NCBI RefSeq assembly: GCF_963921235.1
Contig: NC_086097.1
Location: forward strand, 12,090,001 to 12,154,000
Length of the DNA: 64,000 bases
Reading direction: 5' to 3'
From: Mobula hypostoma
Taxonomy: Eukaryota
In this document: piece by piece, positions 27,170 through 40,119 of the stretch
Layout: each line of letters starts with the position of its first letter
Numbering within the stretch: the stretch's first letter is position 1
The notes under the pieces: generated by a model
Seen by the model: the letters and a program-made list of their open reading frames with translations, nothing else
Told to the model about the DNA's origin: nothing
The model's database searches: none
Translations under genes and position numbers: made by a program

Positions 27170-27340
27170 CTTTCCCTTTTTGTAGCAAAGCGATCCCACT
27201 AGTGATCAAAAGGCAGTCTCCCTTCTCCGTAGCAAAGCGATTCCCCAGCAATCAAAAGCTTTCTCCCCATTTCATAGCAGTGATCAAAAGGCAGTCTCTC
27301 CTCTCCATAGCAGAGCAATCCAACCAGTGATCAAAAGGCA
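27170..27340. repeat. degenerate tandem repeat (~45-60 bp unit, 3-4 copies)
   Basis: Recurring tagcaaagcgat..agtgatcaaaaggcagtctc. Confidence 0.7.
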
Positions 27341-27588
27341 GATATCCAATGCTCAACTTTCACATTCGCCTCAATGTTTCAGTCTCCTTCGTCACATTGT
27401 TCAGTGAACATGGAGGCTTCATTTGGTGAAATGGAGTCAAACACCAGCTCACAGCCTTCTTGCCATGAAGTTCATGCACGCTGCCTCTGCCTCCCGGAAT
27501 CTTCTCGGAGACTGGTGAGCACTGGAACACTCAGACAATCTCCAGATGGCAAATCACAGGCTCCAACAGTTCCCGAATCACATTCAAG

Positions 27589-28180
27589 GGTGCTGTGCAC
27601 AATCTGGATTTGATGGAGGCAGACTTGAGAGCTCGGAGGAACATCTGGTGAAACTTCTGAAATGCCTGTTTCGCTGCTGCTGCTACTGTGCGATCCAGAA
27701 TCTCCGGAGGGGAAGGTCCCGAGTCCTCAGCTTTGCCTGTTGCTTGGCAGCCAGGGCGGGGTTGGCAGAGATGGTGCTCAGTGCTCGGTGTCGGAGGTCT
27801 GGTCGGAGGCTCGAAGTCTTCGGACAGACTCAAAGTCGGCTGTGTTTGGGTGCTTCCAGGGTGCTGCACCAGCAAGGTTGCAGTGCTGGAAGCTCATGGC
27901 AGGGAGAGTTTCTCCCTTCTACCGTCTGCGTGAGATGATGGACTATCGGGACTTTAAGACTTTATTTTACAAGACCCATGGTCTGCTCTTTATCAAATTA
28001 TGGTATTGCTTTGCACTGTTGTAACTCTATGTTATAATTATGTGTTTTTTGTCAGTTTTAGTCTTGGTCTGTCCTGTGTTTCTGTGATATCATACTGGAG
28101 GAACATTGTACCATTTCTTAATGCATGCATTTCTAAATGACAATAAACGAGGACTGAGTGTCCTCATGATCAAATCTAAA
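27589..28180 (+). mobile_element. CpG-rich retroposon copy C
   Basis: Homology to copy A including the aatgacaataaacgaggactgagtgtcctcat end. Confidence 0.85.
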
Positions 28181-28729
28181 GAAGTTACCATTTTAACATC
28201 TGATGGTTGTTGTGTTTTACAACTGCAAAATATAAACCTAATTGAAATAAAAAGATGGAGTCAGGAAAAACGCATCTAACTTCAGTTTTACTTTAAGCGA
28301 GGCACTCCTGTATGACCTGGTGGTCTGGTGACATATGCGCAAATTTCAACACTCACTTACACACTTGGTGTGATTTCCAAGTGTCCATTTCACCTACCAA
28401 CACATGCATCTTTGGAATGTGAGAAAAGCCAGAGGAAACCCATGTGGTCAAAGGGAAAACATGAAAACTCCACACAGACAACAGCAGAGGTTAGAACTAT
28501 ACACAGGTCACTGCAGCTCTGAAATATCTACTGTAAGACCATAAGACATAGGAGCAGAATTAGACTATTTGACCCATCAAGTCTGCTTTGCTATCCAGTC
28601 ATGGCTGATGTATTTTCCCTCTGAACCCCATTCTCTCAACAGTTAACTTTGACACCCTTACTAATCAAGAAACAGACAACCTTCACTTTAAGTATATCTA
28701 ATGCCTTGGCATCCACAGCCTTCTGTGGC

Positions 28730-29220
28730 TGTATACTGACCAGCTGCATCACCCAAGACCCTCCAGGGAATTGCGAGGACTGTTGAGAGGATTATTGTGA
28801 TGCCTCTTTCACCCATCTGAGGTATATATCAGCAGCACTGCATACGCAGGGCCTTTAACATGGTCAATGATCCCTCCCACCCTTCCAGCAATCTCCCTGA
28901 GATCCTACCATCAGGTAGGAGGTACCATAGCATTCAAACAAGGACTATTAGGATGGGAACCAGCTTCGTCCCCGGGCCATAAAGCTACTGAACTCACTGC
29001 CACCACCCAGGTCTCATCAGCAATGAAGTACTAGTAGCATTATACTGTTTACTTCTTAATTTGTGTTGTAAATGCACCTTGCTATTTGTTAATTTATTTA
29101 TGGTAATATTACTTTATGTGCAGAGTGTGTGAATGATACATACTGTGTTGTGAACCTTGTTCCAGAGGAACATGTTTCGTTTGGTCGTATACATATATAC
29201 AGTGGAATTTTAACTTGAAC
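28730..29220 (+). mobile_element. Rex1-type LINE 3' fragment
   Basis: gatccctcccacccttcc..ctaccatcaggtaggaggtac (DPSHP..LPSGRRY) with a (ttgaac) tail. Confidence 0.7.
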
Positions 29221-29699
29221 TTCACAAGATCACAAGATCACAAGACAAAGGAGCAGAAGTAGGCCATTCAGCCCATCGAGTCTGCTCCGCAGCTCCCCCA
29301 TGAGCTAAACTATTCACCCATCTAGTTCCAATTTCCGGCTTTTTCCCCATATCCCTTGATACCCTGACAAATTAGCTACCTGTCAATCTCCTCCTCAAAC
29401 ACCCTCAGTGATCAGGCCTCCACAGCCATAACTTGAACCTGAATTCCCCAGGTGCCCCACTCTCTGGCTGAAGAACGGGAAGCATGTGCCAGCAGACATG
29501 GAAGGCATACTGCTCTGCTACTTGTCACTCTCTGATGCTCCAATCCACCTTTCAGTAATGTGCCAGTGCTTCAACTTAGACTTTGGTAGCTGAACCAGGA
29601 CTTGAAGTCTGAACGTACTGATTCTGGAATGCTACCAACTAAACCAAATTCACATTTAATGGCCGCTTTATTAGGTAGCCTCCAAGAGGACCACAATCT

Positions 29700-30090
29700 T
29701 ACCGAAGTGTTTGGTGGTTTGCGTGCCGCAATGACCAGAGAGCTATGTTGGCTGGAGTCAGGGTTTTATGCTTTGGTAGTTGCAGGGGTCACCTACGCTG
29801 AATAGGTCAAAGCGCAGAGGCCAGACTGAGCGGGGTCTACCGGTCGGTCCTCCCGGTTTGGAGGTTCAGCTCAGGGCTAACAATTCTCTCCGGTCAAACA
29901 AAATCATTACGGAAACAGCAATGAGGAATCCTTCTACATCTGAGTGTGATATTATTCCTGAGTCTCCGCCCAGGACTTGTGTAACTGACAGTAGTGAAAG
30001 CCAAGAGGAAGCTACTGATATGATGAAGAAAGCCCCGAGCACCACCAGAGTTGAAGGATCTTCATTGCTGTCCTAAACACCAGTGGAATA
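29700..30090 (+). mobile_element. RTE-clade LINE 5' UTR-like fragment
   Basis: ggtggtttgcgtgccgcaatgacc..agagctatg..cagggctaacaa..ggtcaaacaaaatcattacggaaac resembles RTE 5' ends (recognition by eye). Confidence 0.5.
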
Positions 30091-31753
30091 AAGGGCTGTA
30101 TGGGGGTTATTATGGAAGTATGACAGGAGGTACACGATAACGTGGCCATTGGGTATCTGCTAAAGTTGAAATGTGTATGTTAAATGGAACCTGAACGGAA
30201 CCATTCTTTTTTCTGTAGAGTGCAGCATGGAATTCCATGTTTTCTTTCACATGTGTATATTTTCTATATCTTCATTAAAAAAAATTACTATATTTTCTGG
30301 CAAGGAATTCATGTCACTTTATTCAGCAATTGATCTTTGGTCATTTTCATGACAGTGCACCCAGTAGAACTTGACAAAAATATTGACAAATAATTTATGT
30401 TAATCAATTTGAAAGAGTTGATACCAAAAGCTTTGCAGTTACAGCTGGGTTCAGTGAATTTGCTAGATGAAGGTTCAATAATTTCTTTCAAAATATTCTA
30501 AATCTTTTAATTATTTTAGTACCCAAATGAGCCAACTTAATCATTAGAGCCTTGAAGGTCTGTAAATGAGTGCAATTAATGAAGGTCTGTAAATGAATGC
30601 AATTAATGTAAACTCCCAATGGTGATTAATTTTTCCTTGGGCTCTGGCTAGTTTTTTGGATGAGGCCAGTTTCCAATAAAATAGTTTGCATACCAGTACT
30701 AAATAACACTGAATCCTGAATTCTGTTGAATGTAATTTGCTTTTAAATAAATGATGTTTATTTGAATGAATTCCCTAAAAACAACCTAAATTTTCATCTA
30801 GAAATACAATCATGGGGTCTCTGTTGCAATTTTTCTTTTTTCAGGAAAACTCCAGTAAGCAATAATTATCTACTTGTCTAAAGAATTGCTTGGTAAGTTG
30901 CCCTTTCAAACTACTATATGGTTTGCTAGGCCACAGAGCAGACAAATATTGATTGATTGAGTGATTGAATTTATTAATTTTGCAATACAGCACTGAACAG
31001 GCCTTTCCAGATCAATAAGCTCCAATGCCCAGAAACCCACCTTTTTAACCCTAGACTAATAACAGGACAATGTGCAATGACCAATTAACCTATTAACTGG
31101 CAACACATACAAAATGCCAGAGGAACTCAGCAGGCCAGGCAGCATCTAAAGAAAAGAGTAAACAGTTGACGTTTCAGGCCAAGACTGAAACATTGACTGT
31201 TTTCCATAGGTACTGCCCAGTCTACTGAGTTCCTCCAACATTGTGTACATGCTGCTTGGATTTCCAGCACCTTCAGATTTTCTCTTGTTTAACTTACTGA
31301 CTGGTACATTTTTGGAGTGTGTGAGGAAACCGGAAGACCCGGAGGAACCCCATGCCTTCAGGGCAAGGATGTACAATCTCCTTGCAGACCATGCTGGAAA
31401 GGAACTCAGAACTACAATGCCCCAAGCTGTAATTATGTCATTCTAGCCGCAACACTACCATGGCAACCACGGTGTGTCATGTGGGACTAGGGTCACTAGA
31501 AGGAGAGATAAATTATCTAACCTAAGCTATAGTAGATTCTCACATTGATTAGCTTTTGATGTCTAACTTATGGTTGCCTTTACTGTTGCCAGATTTTTAT
31601 TCAGATTGGATTTAATTCCTCCAACTATTATAGCATGATTTGAACTTGTGTCCGATGAAATATAAATCCAGGATGCGTATCTAGCAATGTGATCACTACT
31701 CTGATGGTGCAATCTGTAAAATTCCCATTAGCATCCTGTCCAGTATCCTTCCC

Positions 31754-32265
31754 ATTAGGTACCTACTGTACCTAATAAAGTGGCCACTGACTGCATGTCC
31801 GTGTCTTTTGAGGCCTATCTACCTCAAGGTTCGACATGTTGCATGTTTAGAGATGCTCTTCTGCATAACATTGTTTTAACACATGGTTACTTGAGTTGCT
31901 CTCATCTTCCTGTTAGCTTGAACTGGTCAGCCCCTTCTCCTTTGACCTCACTAACAAGGCATTTTCACCCACAGAACTGATGCTCACCGGATTTTTTTTG
32001 ATGTTGTAGCACCATTTTGTATCCCAGAAGATCAGCAGTTTCTGGGGTTTGTAAACCAGCCATCAGGCACCAGCAATCATTCCACAGTCAAAGTAATTAA
32101 GATCACATTTCTTCCCCATTGTAATGTTTGGTCTGAACAACAACTGAACATTTGACTGCGCTTGCATGCTGTCATGCATTGGGTTGCAGCCACACGATTG
32201 GTTGATGAGATTTTTGCATTAACGAGCACGTTCACAGGTGTACCTAATAAAGTGACCACTGAGCG
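31754..32265 (-). mobile_element. non-autonomous Tc1-like DNA transposon (transposase N-terminal remnant)
   Basis: TIR (ta)cgctcagtggtcactttattaggtacac; MG..CDL..FDCGMIAGA-like start; extra TIR copy at the distal end. Confidence 0.8.
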
Positions 32266-32501
32266 TACGAAAGCCGGCTGAGTGAGCTGAAGGTTACTTC
32301 TTGGTTGTGTGTTGCTGGATTCAATTCACACCTGTCTTGTCTGATGCCCTGGTGACATGCTGAGGGATGCAGCACAGTTGGAGATGTTTATGCATTTCAA
32401 GGTTCTGTCCATCTTCAGATTTTCTTGTGATATTTACAAAAGAAACAGGGGACATCACTGCAGTGTACTGCCCAATTTCTCTGTTAGCAGAAGGCAGTAT
32501 A

Positions 32502-33150
32502 TTAGATCAGATTAGATTAGATTATGAGGACAGGCAGTACTCTTTTATTGTCATTTAGTAATGCATGCATTAAAAAATGATACAATATTTTTCCAGAATG
32601 ACATCACAGAAGCACATGACAAACCAAGACTGAAAAACTGACAAAAACCACGTAATTAGAACATGTAGTTACAACAGTGCAAAGCAATACCGTAATTTGA
32701 TAAGGACAGACCATGGGCACGGTACAGTCTCAAAGTCTCTCGAAAGTCCCATCATCTCACGCAGACGGGAAACCTCCAGTGCAGCAAACTTGCCGATGCA
32801 GCATCCTGGAAGCATCTGACCATAGTCCGACTCCGAGTCCGTCCGAAAACTCCGAGCCTCTGACCAGCTCCCTGACACCGATGCACCGAGCACCATCTCT
32901 GCCGAGCGCTTTGACCCCGGCCCCGGCAACAGGCAAGGCCGAGGATTTGGGGCCTTCCCTCCGGAGATTCTCGATCGCACAGTAGCAGCGGCAGTGAAGC
33001 AGGCATTTCAGAAGTTTCTCCGGATGTTCCTCCGTGCTTCTCACGTCCGTCTCCATCAAATCAGGGTTGTGCGCAGCATCCTATTTCACAGATACGATAT
33101 CAATTCGGAACAGCCGTGCACACTCCGTCGCGTCGCCATCTTCTCCTCCC
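32502..33150 (-). mobile_element. CpG-rich retroposon copy D (full length)
   Basis: (attag)n tail at left, cgccatcttctcctccc head at right. Confidence 0.88.
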
Positions 33151-33948
33151 TCCTTTTTACAGAGTATATTTTATATGTATTTATTTATTTAGAGATACAG
33201 CACATTATGAGTCCTTGCAGCCCAACGAGTCCGCGCCGCCCAATTACACACATGAGATTAATTAATCCTACTAACCTGTCGGTACGTCTTTAAACGTAGG
33301 AGTAAACCAGAGCATCCAGAGGGAATCCACGTGGTCATGGAGTGAACACATAAACTCCTCACAGGCAGTGGCGCCAGTGGGAATTGAACCCTGGTTGCTA
33401 GCGCTGTAAGGCATTGTGCTAACCACTACACAACCTAGTTTCATATTCAATTAACAGCTTAATTAGTTTGGTATAACATCATGGGCCAAAGAGCCCGTTC
33501 CTGAGCAGTTCTGATCTACATTCTATGCCCTGTGTACATGTGTTCCAGTGTGAAGGATGATCATTTGACTGGGAACATGATGACACCATTGACCAAAAAA
33601 CAACCTCCAGCAAATAAGAGAAATAAAGGAATGCAAAAGGAAAATTATCTGGGTTAATCAGGAACTTTTCTTGATGTACAGCAAAAATTTGGCTGGCACA
33701 TTTAGGCACAGCCATCCTCTTCAAGTATTGTCAGGTAACTATTTGCCAAACAAAATATTTATATAAGACTCTGCTTGAGAGTGAACATGAAATCCCTCTC
33801 TTGCTTCCTACTCGTTTCCTGTTTAATTGTCACACTGACTGCCATTCTCAATTAGACTGACTAAAGTACAGTTATGTAAAATACCAAAGGTTATCAGGAG
33901 TGTGACATCCCTGGCTGATAAAACTGTACTACAAAAAAAATAGAAGTT

Positions 33949-33954
33949 TTTATT
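33949..33954 (-). promoter_or_regulatory. candidate polyadenylation signal (AATAAA) for the minus-strand gene
   Basis: tttatt on +, ~310 nt downstream of the stop at 34266, in non-repeat sequence. Confidence 0.35.
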
Positions 33955-34265
33955 CTGAAACCACGTTGTTTCTGTTAATTCGGAAATGGTCCACAAAGCT
34001 ATTTAGAACATATGCTTGTCAGCTGATGCAACAACTGATACAGACTCTAGATGCAACAGACAGCCTGTACAGCCCAGATGGTTATGTGTAGTGTTTTGCA
34101 GGCAAGTCACTTTGATTTACTTTTGTCCTGTGGCCTCCCATTCATACCCATTTTGTGCTTGACTGCTCAACTTTCCTAAGCGTGGGCCCAATTTGCCCCA
34201 CTTTGGTCGGTCTTGTGGGTGCCGAGGTGAGCCCACCTGTTCTGGTTCGGTCCAACACTCTGCCA

Positions 34266-34428
34266 TCAAACGGAAGTCTGGGCTGCAGTAACCCCCTCGA
34301 TGAGCTTACATACACTGTTCGCAGAAGGCATCAACCTGTTGCTGACTTTATTTAAAGCGACAGCATCAGTTTTATTGTTCTCAGTATCCTGGAGTGGTTG
34401 AAGAATATCATATTCTGATCTCTGTTTC
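34266..34428 (-). CDS. probable last coding exon of an unidentified gene: KQRSEYDILQPLQDTENNKTDAVALNKVSNRLMPSANSVCKLIEGVTAAQTSV*
   Basis: Acceptor tcttttgtgcag|G; phase 2 matches the previous exon (CT+G=Leu); 123-nt intron. Confidence 0.7.
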
Positions 34429-34551
34429 CTGCACAAAAGACTTCTTATATTTTTTATGCCGATCATTTGCTGTGCACAGATGTCACTACATTTGCAGTTT
34501 CTTCAAAGGTTAAAGATTGTTCACCACTAGAATGGGCTTTGTTGAATTTAC

Positions 34552-34600
34552 AGCTGAGTCTGAATAGTCTGGTCTGAACAAATAACATCTCCTAAATTCC
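34552..34600 (-). CDS. internal coding exon (49 nt): (W)NLGDVICSDQTIQTQ(L)
   Basis: Acceptor ctttctttccccag|GG, donor CT|gtaaat; phase 1 to 2 fits both neighbours. Confidence 0.75.
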
Positions 34601-34879
34601 CTGGGGAAAGAAAGGCCTCTGTACTAATACAAGCTCTCTTGTCAGTGCTTGGGATAAATACTTTCCCAAATGTAATAATTTGTAGGTATTTAATTAAGAA
34701 GATGTTATAAAAGCTCCCACTGTTAACCACAGTAAGTGGTGCTAAAAGGATGTCCAGGGTTTTATATTATTGCTTTTTATAATAAATAATAATTGATATA
34801 TTCAATAGTTACTTTAAAGAATTTGGAAGTTCTACTAACTGGAAAAGCACGATGTGGTAGTCAAGTTCTTCATGAAGGG

Positions 34880-35165
34880 TAGTATGGTAGTGTAGCAGTT
34901 AGCATAACAGTTTATAGTGCCAGCAGCTGGGTTCAATTCCTGCAAAGCTGTAAGATCGGGGTTCGTTTGCCATGACTCTCTGTAAGGAGCTCGTACGTTC
35001 TCCACATGACCATGTGGGTTTCCTCCAAGTGTACTGGTTTCCTCCCACATCCCAAAGACAAATGGGATAGTCGGATAATTGGGCACATGGGTATAATTGG
35101 GAAGGGCAGGCTTGTCAGGCTGGAAGAGCCTGTTACTTTGCTTTATCTCTAAATAACTAAATAAT
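34880..35165 (+). mobile_element. tRNA-derived HE1/V-type SINE
   Basis: ggtagtgtagcagttagc A-box, gggttcaattcc B-box, gggtttcctcc..ttcctcccacatcccaaagac core, tctctaaataa tail. Confidence 0.8.
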
Positions 35166-35660
35166 AAACTTAAAACAAGGTAAGACCAGAACTAGAGGTC
35201 ATGGGTTAAGGGTGAAAGGTGAAATGTTTAAGGAGAACATAAGAAGGAACTTCTTCACTCAGAGGGTAGTGAGGGTGTAGAATTTCAACATGTAAGAGAA
35301 ATTTGGATAAGTACCTGAATGGGAGGGGTAAGAAGGGCTTTGGTCCAGGTACAGGTCGATGGGACAAGTCAGAATAATAGTTCAGCACAGACTAGGCATT
35401 CTGAAGGGCCTGATTCTGCACTGCAGCATTCTATGACTCTAAGAAAAACTCTCAGCTTGTTGCATTACGCAGTTACTGTGCTTAAGAAAACTACTTCCTT
35501 TTTAAATAAATTGGCTCCTTTATAGATCATACATTTTACTAATAATTGTGTGTCATTTGAATTACATTGTCAATGATGATAATTAAGTGACATCATAACA
35601 TAAACTTACCGAGTGATCTAATTATAGCAAATCAAAATAAAAATGAAAGAATGCACTTAC

Positions 35661-35792
35661 ACTGCATCCACAGTAAGTCAAAATATTGATACGTGAATAA
35701 TCTTAACACTAAATTTGCTTTACTATGCTCTGTCATATACTCGCGTCTGCTTATGCCACAAGTGCTAATGCACCATAACGAAGCAACTAGAT
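35661..35792 (-). CDS. internal coding exon (132 nt): (D)LVASLWCISTCGISRREYMTEHSKANLVLRLFTYQYFDLLWMQ(W)
   Basis: Acceptor ttctgcttttaaag|AT, canonical donor CAGT|gtaagt, open frame, phase 1 to 1. Confidence 0.75.
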
Positions 35793-35905
35793 CTTTAAAA
35801 GCAGAATTTCTTTTCAGATTATGGGGACATTCAGTCCTCATTTATTGTCATTTAGAAATGCATGCTGTTATGGGAAGAAGTTAGTTTTAAGAACATACAG
35901 TAATA

Positions 35906-37380
35906 CCATAAGATATAGGAGCAGAATTAGACTCATCAAATCAGCTTTGCCATTTCATCATGGCTGATTCAATTTTCCTTTCAGCCCCAGTCTCGTGCCT
36001 TCTTCCCTTTCATACCCTGACTAATCAAGAATCTATCAACCTCTTCCTTAAATATACCCAAAGACTTAGCCTCCACAGCCACATGTGGATATGAATTCCA
36101 CAGATTCAGTACTCCCTAGTGAAAGAAATTCCTCCTCATCTCCACTCTAAAAGGACACCCCGCTATTCTGAGGCTGAGTCGTCAGGTCTTAGACTCACTC
36201 ATCCTAGGAAACATCCTCTCCACATCCACGCTATTGAGGTCCTTCAATATTCAACAGGTTTCAATGAGATCACCCTTCATTTTTCCTAAATTCCAGTGAG
36301 TAGAAGCCCAAAGCCATCAAATGCTCCTCATATTATAAACTATCAATCCGAGAATCATTTTCATAAACTTCCTTTGAACCCTCTCCATGTCACCACATAT
36401 TTTTATGGATAAGGAGCCCAAAACTGCTCACCAGTACCTTATAAAGCATTAGCATTACATCCTTGCTTTTATATTCTAGTCCTCGTGAAATAAACACTAA
36501 CATTGCATTTTCCTCCCTCACAACTGATTCAACCTGCAAATTAACCTTTAAGGAATCCTGTCTGCTTTGCAACTAGGATTTTTGAACTTTCTCTCCATTT
36601 AGAAAGTAGTCTATGCTTTTATTCCTTCTACCAAAGTGCATGACCAAACACATCCTGACTTTGCATTCCATCTGCCACTTCTTTGCCCATTCTCCTAATC
36701 TGTTTAAGTCCTTCTGTAGCCTCTCTGCATCCTCAACACTACCTGCCCCTCCATCTAGCTTCATATCCTCCGCAAGGATGGCCACATCAATTTCATCATC
36801 AAATCATTGACATACAAAGTAAAAGGAAGCGATCCCAACACAGACCCCTGTGGATCACCACTAGTCAATGGCAGCCAACCAAAAAAGGCTCCCTTTATTG
36901 CCACTCTTTGCCTCCTGCCCATCAGCCAATGCTCTATCCATGCTTGTAACTCTCCTGTAATACCACGGGTTCTTCGCTTGTTAAGCAACGTCATGTGTGG
37001 CACGTTGTCAAAGGCCTTCTGAAAATCTAAGTACACAACATCAACCAATTCTACTTTGTCTATCCTGTTTGTTACTTCTTCAAAGAATTCCGTCTCAATT
37101 GCTAGGTAAGACTTTTCCTTGAGGAAACCGTGCTGACTATTGCCTATTTTATCATGTGCCTTCAAGTACCGCAAACCACATTCTTAACAGTCGACTCTAA
37201 CATCGTCCCAACCACTGAGGTCAGACCAATTGGCCTATTATTTCCATCTTTCTGCTTCCCTCCCTTCTTGAAGAGTGGAGTAATATTTACAATTTTCCAG
37301 TCTTTTGGAACCATTGCAGAATGTAGTGATTCTTGAAAGATCATTACTAATGCCTCCACAATCTCTTCAGCCAATCTCTT
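35906..37380 (-). mobile_element. CR1 3' half, decayed
   Basis: VPKDWKIVNITPLFKKG, SQHGFLK, VYLDFQKAFD, PQGSVLG; tail at left. Confidence 0.92.
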
Positions 37381-40119
37381 CTGATTTTATTAGACACACT
37401 ATTTTTCTTCAATGCTTCAAATGAACAAATGAATTTAAACTAAAAATAAGTGAGAAATTTTGACAGCACCTTTAATAGAATCATAGAGCACTACAGCACA
37501 GAAACAGGCCCTTTGGCCCATTTAGGTCATGCGGAACTATTAGTTTCCTAATCTTATTGATCTGTACCTGGACTGTAGTCCTCTATACTTCTCCCATCCA
37601 TGTACTTATCTAAATGTCTCTTCAATGTTGATATTGAACCTGCATCCACCACCTCCACTGGCAGCTCGTTCCAAATTCTCGCCTCTCGAAGCGAAGAAAT
37701 TCCCCATCATGTTCACCTTAAACATTTCATCTTTCTCCCTTAACCCATGCCCCCTAGTTCTAGTCTTATCCAAATCCATGTAGAAGGAGAAGAGCCACCT
37801 GTGGATTTCTCTTTAAGACCCACACCATCCTGGCTTGCTTTGGAAATACACGGGTCATTCTTCATCACTCTTGTGTCAAAAATTTGGTATATGATCTGAG
37901 GAGAAGCATGGAGAGCTGCTGCATCTCAGCTTCAGTGACCCAGGTCCAATCCTGACCTCCATTGCTGTCTGGGCGGAGTTTGCAAGTTCTCTCTATCACT
38001 GTCCAGCATTCCTCCTCAGTGCTCAGTTGTTCTCCAAAATCCCGAAGCTGAGCGGATTAGCAGCCTAATCAGTCATGGTAAATTGCCCCTGGTCTGTATG
38101 TGAGTGAGAGATTGAGAAGAAGTGTTCTCCCAAATCCCAAAAGCATGTGGATTAGCAGGCTAATCAGTGTGTAGGTGAGTGGTGGAACTAAGAAGGAGAA
38201 TTAATTGTTGGTAAAATTATTTGGTGATTTGTCATAGACTCCGTGGAGCAAAATGACCTCCTTTGTTACTGTAAGGAAATAAGAACTGTTACTGTGTGAG
38301 TACCTTCACTCGAAGGACCATGGCAGTTCAAGAAGGCGGCTCATTACCAAACTCTTAAAGGATTAGGTTTGGGCAATAAACTACTCTTCTGACTGCTGCC
38401 ATCAAGTAGAAGGTACAAGAACCTCAGGAATCGCACCACCAGGTTCAAGAACAGTTACTACCTCTCAACCATCAAGCTCTTGAATAAAAGGGGACAACTA
38501 CACTCAACTTCACTTGCCACATCATTGAAATGTTCCCATAACCAATGATCTCTCTTTCGAGGACCCTTTATCTCATTATCTCATGGTCTTGTTATTCAAA
38601 TGCATTGCATTCGAAATGTCACTGGTTAATCTGTTCTGTACCTTACAATATTTAATTTATGCAGTTTGCTTTGTCTATTCATGCATAATTCATCTGTAGA
38701 TTTTATCCTTACATTCATAACTTATATGTGTCTTATGTGTACTACTGTGCATTGGACCTTAATTCCGAGAAACGTTGTCTCATTTGACAGTATACATGTA
38801 TATAATTAAATGACAATAAATTTGACTTAGCTTGACTTCTTTTTATTTATATTTGTAGTTGCACAGTATGTTATCTTCTGCACCCTGCTTGATCTTTCAT
38901 TGATCCTGTTATAGTTACTATTCTATAGATTTGTCAAATATGCCCGCAAAAAGGTGAATCTCAGGGTTGTATATGGTGACATATATGTACTTGGATTATA
39001 AAATTTACTTTGAGCTTTGAACTTTAAGTACGTTCCTTCCACAAAAAACAATTTAAAATAATCAAGTGAATGTTTATATCTGTCTGTGTGTGTGTATGCA
39101 CAAACTGAAACCCATTCTTGGAGCCCTGCAGACACAGTTGGTATTTTAAGAGAAAAACTCTCTGAAATAAATCTGTTACATATGTTATTCATTTAGAGTT
39201 GCTCACAGCTTGGAAATGTTACTGTCTGCATTGAAATAGAAGCAACAAACCAAAATCTGGACATTTTATTTAATCCTATTAGAGTATATAGATTTAAGAT
39301 GGACTTGAGATTCATTAGCAATAGAGATAATGAAAGCATGTGTAGCAGACTCAGTGATATCAATGCTCAATATGTGAAAGTACTTCACTTTGAAGCAATA
39401 TGTCATAACATTAAAGTTATTTCAGAGTAACCCAGTGGACGAGCTAGTGACGCTGTTTTGAACTAGGTTTAGGATTGTGGATATAAAGAACAGATGGTAT
39501 TGCTGACGAGTTTGAGTTCTATTTGTTCTTATCTCAATCAAATCTGAAGAATTATCCAGTTGGCTCCATGCTCCTGTGCTTTTTCAACTTTGTTTCTTTT
39601 AAATGTTTAGATATTTTACTTTTAAATACCGCTCTTGCTTCTGTTTCCACCTGTTTTCTGTTGGGACTTTTTTAGATCTGAACAACTTCCTGCATTCGAA
39701 ACAAAAATTCCCCTAATCTCTCCCTTTTGGTGATAATCTTCAGTTCATGTCTTGCAGTCATAGGGTGTAAGGTATAAATTTAAGATCAAATTTGGATTTT
39801 GATTTTCCCAGTTTTTTTTTCCCTTAAATTCTTTGTGACTTTGGCCATCTTTGTCTGACCATCACCTGAGTATTCAAACAAAGTGCTCTGCAGATACTTG
39901 CAGAAAAATGTGTCCACCCTTTACAAGCTAATGGGGAAATTGTAATGTATAGATCTATTTCCTTTACAGCAATGTCACCCCCCACCCCGCTTGGCACTAC
40001 ATATTGATCTGTTGCCAGTGCAGGTACTGTTGACTATGCTTGTGCATTGTTGTCTCTCTCCCTCGTCTCTCACTACATTGTGAATACACCAGTTAAAGCC
40101 ACCTCCCGCGTTTAACTGA

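Noticed and set aside
27170..27340. CRISPR-like repeat array
   Set aside because: Eukaryotic context; degenerate tandem units without unique spacers or cas genes
34266..34268. TGA as selenocysteine
   Set aside because: No SECIS-like structure recognised downstream, and an in-frame TAG follows shortly after
34880..34945. tRNA gene
   Set aside because: A/B boxes belong to a SINE head; no complete cloverleaf
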